The notes beneath the pieces were generated by a model. That model had not been told where the DNA came from. It saw only the letters and a list, made by a program, of their open reading frames with translations, and did not search any database. Shown here one piece after another: positions 56,832-64,000 of a DNA stretch of 64,000 bases. The DNA is from Trichoplax adhaerens. Lineage: Eukaryota; Animalia; Placozoa. Numbering within the stretch: the first letter of the stretch is position 1; the number at the start of each line of letters is the position of its first letter. The DNA lies in contig NW_002060943.1 in the NCBI RefSeq assembly GCF_000150275.1, forward strand, positions 7,386,066 through 7,450,065, written 5' to 3'. A program made the translations under genes and the position numbers.

Positions 56832-59800
56832 ATGAAATTACAATCTACTCCCTTCCGAATTCGATCCAATCCCCACATCATGATGATAACATTAGTCTAT
56901 CTTTGGATTGGATTATGCATACCTCATGCAGTTGTGGCTCAACAATCATCATTTCAATTACTCAGCAATGAATTTCAAGGTATTACAGTATAGAAAGTAA
57001 CTATAATTTCAAGCTACTTATACCGAAAAAATATCGACGTAAAAACAGATACGACATCTACTCATAACATCATTAATCAAGAATATAGCCATGATTTTTC
57101 GTTGTCATTTTTCCCTTCGCTTTTTTATCGTTTGATTATTTTCTATCTGATATAGAAGAGAGCTATTTACAGTGTTCTTTTACAGCTATAAACTATCTTA
57201 GAAAAAAATAAATATCAAATTCACGTTTAATGTACCTAAATAAATGCATAATAAAATGGAGTTTGACATTAATCGATTTTACTTACTTTTCCCAATATTA
57301 TTATGCTTAGTACAGAAATTTGTAATAGAATCCTTTATGGACGCTTCATTTCAGTATAAGATGACTTATTTTAGTGTTCAGTATCAATAATTGCTTTTAA
57401 ATCTTAGATTTGTATTACACTCATTTTGTTCACAAGGCGCATATTTTCGACCATTCAACTGTAGATCATATTCTTTTCGAAAGTATCAGTTAAGCCCGTT
57501 TCCGTAACGTTAACTCTAAGACTACATGGATTAAGAAAGCAGATTAAATTAGTAGAGCGCTTATTAAGATAGCGATTGGATAGCTTAAAAAATAGAATAG
57601 TGGGGATAAAAGGTTGTCGCTAGTTATTAGACTGATAGGTTGGATTATGACGACCGTCTTCCATTTTACAGCATTATTAGCCAATGCTCTGTTTGTATTG
57701 AGTGGGTCTATATGATAAGTGCGTTCGATATTTCAAATTATTTTTAAATCATAAGATTATCAATTATGAGTTATTCCTAGCCCTTCTTAGCCTCGTTTTA
57801 GTATGAAGCTTGATCCATTAAGGTGATATGCTACTTGTAAAAATTCTCTATTCGATGATGAAAAGTTTTAACAAACTATCGGACGAAGTCGCGCTAATCT
57901 ATGTCCTACTGCTGTAAGGATGCATGTGAAGCAACTTAAATTTACAGCACTACTATTTTCGCGACCGTTATCTATCTAAGCGTTTTAAAAAGAATTCAGA
58001 GACCACTTATTAAAATGCAAATGGGAATGATAAATCTAAATGTTACAGATTTTATTTATCTGTTTTAATACTGATAGACTAATTAACCTGAAAGATCCCA
58101 AGTGTTATTGTAATCATATCAAGTAATGTAACTATACAAAATCGTGTTAGCTACTTTTCTATAAATGATGATATTTTATTGATGAAGAAATGATTGTTCA
58201 CCATTTTTCAGAAAAACTTTAGGCTGTACATTCATATAAGTATATGATGTATATCTAGGTTTATCAAATCAATACTTTACGCTCTAGGCATTATGATATC
58301 TAAAGCGTCTTCACATAACGAATAGTGTAACAGTAGCATTTAGCTAGTGGTTAAATTTATTGCAAAAAATTTCTTACAGAGTAACGAAGGGTTCAAATTA
58401 CCGATTAGAACTTCTCATACTGAAAATTTTATTATTTCGTAGATGATCGATTTGATAGCTTACCACTATCGAAGCATTTTTTTAAAAACTTTATGCGTAA
58501 TAATTGATTAATACGGTTGATTACTGATTATCCTATTAGTACTATGACTTGAAAGATTTATACCATGTTACTAGTATCCAGTTTTGAAGTTGAATAACCT
58601 CACCTAAGCTTATATCACATTGTAGAAGGAATCAAATTGATCGAGTTTTAACTTCAGCTCTGTTGTAAATCTAATACGTTATTAATTTTTGTTTTACTAT
58701 TTTTTCTTTCTGATAGGTTTTAGTTCCATGGATCAATTGCTATCTAGTGATGGCATCAATACAATAGCACCATCTAATGAAATCTTTTCAACTATATTCT
58801 TGCAAAGCGATGTAATTCAATCACTGGACTTAATCAGTAACGATTTTGATAGCGCAGTAAATCAACCATCCATTGATTTCAGTCTCTCTCAACTACCATT
58901 AGCCAGTGATTATAGCGTTATTGATACCATTTCGATTGTATCTTCAAATCAACTGTCAAGCGCAGCTTCTGAAATTAGTCAAACTGTAAGCAGTACGACA
59001 ACAATTGCAATTCCAGCTGTGAGTGATTTATTATCATCAGCATTTCCTGATCCCTCGTTATCGAATCAACTACCTTTGGAATCATCAGTTATTGATCAGT
59101 TGATAAGTGAATCACAAGTTATTTTCGATTCTGGAAGCCTAATTTTGCCATCAAGTAATCTTGATAGCATCACAGATGTTAGTATTCTAACCACTAGTTA
59201 TCCACAGGTTACAAGTGATGTTTCATCGGTTCCTTTGCCGGATGGTGGTTTTAGTTTGTATAGCGATCCGAACTATTCACAAGTATCGACACAAACTGAT
59301 TATCAAGTAACAACGTACTATTCCACTGTTTTATCGCCGTCTCAAACCATAACAGACTCTAATTCTCAGATCTCCATAATTTTGGTCGAATCTGATACAC
59401 TTACTAATATTATTTCACCGTCATTAACCGACCAAATTGGTCAAACAAGTCGTGATATCAGTGGTTCCATGATTCCAGAATTTCCATCGTCATTAGTAGT
59501 ATCAATAATATCATCATCTTCGTCATTATCAGCCATTTCATTGCCATCATTATCCTCATCGCTATCCTCATCATTATCATCGTCATCGCTTCCATTGCCA
59601 TTGTTATCATCGCAATCTTTCTTGTCAGAGATATTGCCCTCATCGCAAGTGCCGACGGATACTGTCTCATCTATTGCTGATATTTCAACAACTCCGATTA
59701 TACCAACTCCAATTTTTTCGACTGATCAAGTTTCTACTGATGCCTTAGCATCTCCATCGATTTCAGTCGCTCCTACAATACTACCTAACCCTACTACCGA

Positions 59801-62800
59801 CGCTACTACACCAACTACATCAACTATTCCAATACCAACGGATGCTACAACACCAACGAATGCAACTACACCAACTAATCCAACTACTTCAACAACATCA
59901 TCGAATACGCCAACTGCAACCAATGCAACTACAAGTACAACCTCTACTCCAACTTCCAATGAGACCGCTACTGATGGCATCTATCAAGTTCCAAATGCAA
60001 CTTATCTAGTAGAATTTGATATGTCTGTCAGTGTTACTATCCAATTAAGCAATGATACATTTAGAAACGATTTACAAAATAAATTGGCAGCATTATATGA
60101 TAGCGCAGCAGCCACACGGGTCAAACGAGCAACATTACCGGTAGCAACCACCGTTGGGGTAATTATGACCATCAGTAAAGCTAGCTTTGTAAAATACATT
60201 TATATTCTCTATAATATCCGAATAAAATTTAAATATTAAATTATTCATTTGCCACCTAGGTATATAACACAAGTAGAAGTGCAACAACTCCTACCAGCGC
60301 TTTGATTGTCTTCTATGTTATAAAAAGTCAAGAATTTATTTTAGGAACTACTGCTGCTGCTACTCTCAATCGAGTTGATAAAACTGTTGCTTCGGCTACA
60401 CTTCATCGTCCAGTAAGTGATTAAAATAATCCTAGCTCAAGTTTGCGGCTTGTTTAACAGCTTAGCCAATCGATTTCAATAAGTGTTTTTCTTTCTCAAA
60501 TGATCAATCGCATTACATCTAATATAAACATATTTTTATTATTACTTTATACATAACATCCAACTATAATCCCTCTTGCCACAGGTACTATCTACATTCA
60601 GGGCTCTCGTTGCACCGGTGCCTGCTGTTTTTCCTTACTGGATTATTGGTGCTGCAGCAGGGGGTGTTGTTTTACTTGCACTCGTTGGACTAGTTGTATA
60701 CTATAAGTGCTATGTTGATTCGGCCAACAAAAAAATAGAAGAAGAATTACAAATGGTTAAGAAACCACCATCAGATCCTAAGGAAGTTGCTAAAGTAAGT
60801 GGAAAGAATTCCTTACCTCCAGGCCATTGTCATCAGTTACTATAATGAAATTTAACCTATTTAAATACCGTAATCAGAATTTTATATTTTTATATGCCCA
60901 TTAGTTATATGGTATTTGTCATGGATGCAGATTGATCTATTGCCTACTTTATCGAAATCATATTAATGATGTTCTTGATATTTTATTCTATTCAGCTGGA
61001 AGAAACAGCTTTTGTTGTTCGACCACCTCCAACTATTGCAGGGGAAACACCACCGCCACCGTCTTCCTATAGGCCACGAAACAAAATTCGGCCGATGCCA
61101 GCTCCACGACGTGATTTACCTATCGATAAATCGGATGATAGTGATTCTGTCGATAGGCCATTGCCACATCGAAAGCGAGATAGCAGTAGATCAGATGATC
61201 AAGAAGAAAATGATATCCGTGAGCGATTACGGACACGTAGATCGCAGCGTGAAATATTTAGGAAAGCTGTTGTTTCTGAAAAGCCAGAAATTAGATTAAT
61301 CAGTCGTCGAGAAATTTCGACTAATGCATCGGTTCCAGCGGTTGGGTTACCACCACGAGGTAGAAATAAGTCTAAATCAACGCCAAACAAAGATGATCAT
61401 GAATTGGTAAGAGTGGAAGATTTCCAACTTTAGTTTTTACCTTTATGATACCTATAATCAGCGTGAAAATAGAGTACAATACATCACGTTCTAAATTATC
61501 CATATTCTACTTTTATTTTAGGACGAGAAAAAAGTTTTTGAGCATAAATCTGAAGTAGAAAGATGGCGCAATAAACAACGACAACGAGATAGAATTAATG
61601 CAATTATTGGTAAACAAGAGTTAGCCAAACCAGAAGCAAGCCTACCAGACCCAGAGCAAAAGAAATCTTGGAGAAAATCACAAAAAGATATTGGCGCTGT
61701 ATTAGATCCTGAATCAGCAGCTGCTAAGAGTAAAAGGTAATTCAATGTAATCTTTAAAGCAATATTTACTCTTTAGTTATTACCATAACCATGTCACGAA
61801 TACACCGTACTAAACTGAATCGGTATCTGGATTTAGATTTAAAAACTTTGGCTATCGACAACGCTATCGAATCGCTCCAGAGCCAGAAGCTGTATCAGCA
61901 AGTTCTACACCACACAAGCCAGAGGAAATGAATTTATTACATACGTCGGAGAGGGTTAGTTTACAGAGGATAATCATTCGAATATAGATTGAAAAAGCAT
62001 AAGCAATTTGATTTCTATTTTCCTTACTTACTAATAGCAATGATTGACATTATTCTAAGCATAATTTTTGATTACAACACATAAGGATAACGATCAACCA
62101 GATGATACACATCTACCACCAATTAACAGTGATGGTAGTAAAGAACCACAGGATGAAAAGACAAGAGAGAAAATGCAACATCTTATTTCTGATGCATTGA
62201 AATTACTCGGTCCAGATTTTTCTGATACACTAGCAAAGGCATTTGAGGAAAAGATATCCAAAGAACAAAGCCCGCAAAATTCTACCCTGAATCAAAGTGA
62301 AATACCAACAGCTACACTAGGTAGTTTAGGACGTGAGCAAGAAGGACCACCACAAATTTCACAGCAGTTCAACAAGCAACAAGAGCCTAAACCGGCTAAT
62401 ACATTTCAACCTATCTTTACCAGTGGACCTAGAACCAATGGTCTATCTAATGTGCCTAAATCGAGCATGCCACGCTCTTTCATACGTCCAGAACAAAATC
62501 AATTTAATAAAGCCCAAGAGGTTACTGCACCAGTGGTTGGTAATCGTATACGCGCACAACAACAGTTTAATAATCAGCAATATCCACCATTGTATTCCTA
62601 CTATCCTCAAAATATGTCCATGCCCAATCAACCGATCTATAATCCTATGTTGGCAACGCATCCAAACATGTTTGGCATGAGGCCGCCATATCGTAAGTCA
62701 TCGCCTTCTAAGAGATATCTTTCATTCTAGCCGATTACATATCTGTTATCGTTTATATAGCATACATCAATAAATGGATAATAGCTTTAGCAAAAGTAGA

Positions 62801-63792
62801 CACGCCGACATCATTTAGAACCAGTCAATTGTAGCATCCATAGTATTATGTTAATCTTATTAAGGATTGAGTGATATCACTTTCAAGTTAGCCTGGCAGT
62901 GATCTAATTTTGAACACTACTATTAGTCATTACGGAGAAGAAATGCTCATATGCGTAGATGATCGAGCTTATCGATAAATGACTTGTTTGATTCCTTCAT
63001 TTCATAACCATAGAGCTTAAAATAAATATTCCTACTATTATTAAGAGTTGTAATAAGTTTATAGGAGTGGAAATGTTAATTTTTCATCCTCATCTATTTA
63101 TTATTAGTTATGGGCTACCAGCCTCAACCGCAACCTCAATATACTGCTATACCAATGACTGATAGTGGCGAGCAGATGCACGTAACTCCAGTTGTTCAGC
63201 AACCTGATGGAATGGGTGGAATGACTTGGGCACCAGATTATTCAGCTATGCAGAATAATAATCCACAATTTTTACCGACCGGACAAAGCAATGTCAATGT
63301 AAGCTACCTATTATTACTCGTCTTAATGGAATAATTTCATTTTCAATTAAAGGCATTATCAGCAATAGATTTAGTTGAAATTCATTACTTATAAGTGAAA
63401 TTAAGCAATCAATCCATTTCTAATGAATTTCTATTCTGGTTTAGCCAAATGCATCTTTCCAGGACACACCAACAGCAAATCGTCTACCAACGACAAGCAA
63501 TATAAATCAATCACAACGAACGCCAACATCTTTAGGTGGTCTATCATCACTTGATAGAACAGGACCTCGGGCGCAAAAATTGGCAGTAAGAAGTCCAGCA
63601 GGATTACAAGCTATGGAACCACTATCCAATACAGTTGATAGTTTTGCCAGTGGTGTATCTTCACAAAGCTCTAAACCTTTAATTAGAAGTATTAAAGAAG
63701 AATTACTAAAGTTGTCGACAAGAGGCTCTGTTCTATTAGATAACAAAGATACAAGTTCTACTAATCTTTTAGATAGCAGCCGCAATATATAA
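56832..63792 (+). CDS. KIAA1549: KIAA1549/KIAA1549L-family (UPF0606, DUF3827) type I membrane protein
   Basis: Exon 56832-56979 encodes a signal peptide (MMITLVYLWIGLCIPHAVVA). Exon 58717-60158 encodes a Ser/Thr/Pro mucin-like stalk, then an SEA-like module with RVKR. The TM helix is YWIIGAAAGGVVLLALVGLVVYYKCY. Cytoplasmic HKSEVERWRNKQRQR and C-terminal PLIRSIKEELLKLS match remembered family motifs (HKSEIEHHRNKIRLR; LIKAIREELLRLS). It is probably co-orthologous to both vertebrate paralogs. Confidence 0.85.
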
Positions 63793-64000
63793 ATTAATTT
63801 TCAATTCTCTAAATTATGTATTTATGATACTGATTTTTAAAGTTCATTATTGATGGTCTAATTCACGACAATATGTATACTGTGAGAATCGAAACAACAG
63901 AATATTTTTAGAATAATTTTCTCATCGATTGAGCATCTTTATTATAAGCGACTTTGTATTTTAAGATGCTATACTGAATTGAAAACAGATTTCTGTATAA

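Noticed and set aside
59458-60199. Minus-strand ORFs (Met/Ile- and Val-rich)
   Set aside because: Antisense shadows of the Ser/Thr-rich KIAA1549 exon.

Overview
Eukaryotic, AT-rich (about 30-33% GC by eye), intron-dense animal DNA with short GT-AG introns. The compact layout and the divergence of the proteins suggest a non-bilaterian, most likely a placozoan such as Trichoplax; this is an inference. I reconstructed eight spliced genes by hand: the 3' part of an ABCC4/MRP4-like transporter (+), MYG1 (-), polybromo PBRM1 (+), the selenocysteine elongation factor EEFSEC (-), vinculin (+), CSTPP1/C11orf49 (+), an ankyrin-repeat protein (+) and a KIAA1549/UPF0606-family membrane protein (+). Both head-to-head intervals (MYG1/PBRM1 and EEFSEC/vinculin) hold young, hairpin- or palindrome-rich tandem arrays. 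The first introns of four genes are filled with older, diverged ~160-260 bp repeats. Highlights: PBRM1 has only 5 bromodomains and no HMG box; vinculin lacks D2 and a true Pro-rich hinge; RFX X-boxes lie upstream of CSTPP1 and KIAA1549; KIAA1549 has a candidate alternative signal-peptide exon; MYG1 has an AUG-less, presequence-like extension. No prokaryotic systems, CRISPR arrays, tRNA or rRNA were seen. Exon coordinates are hand-derived and may be off by a few bases; homologies are recognised from memory, not from a database search.
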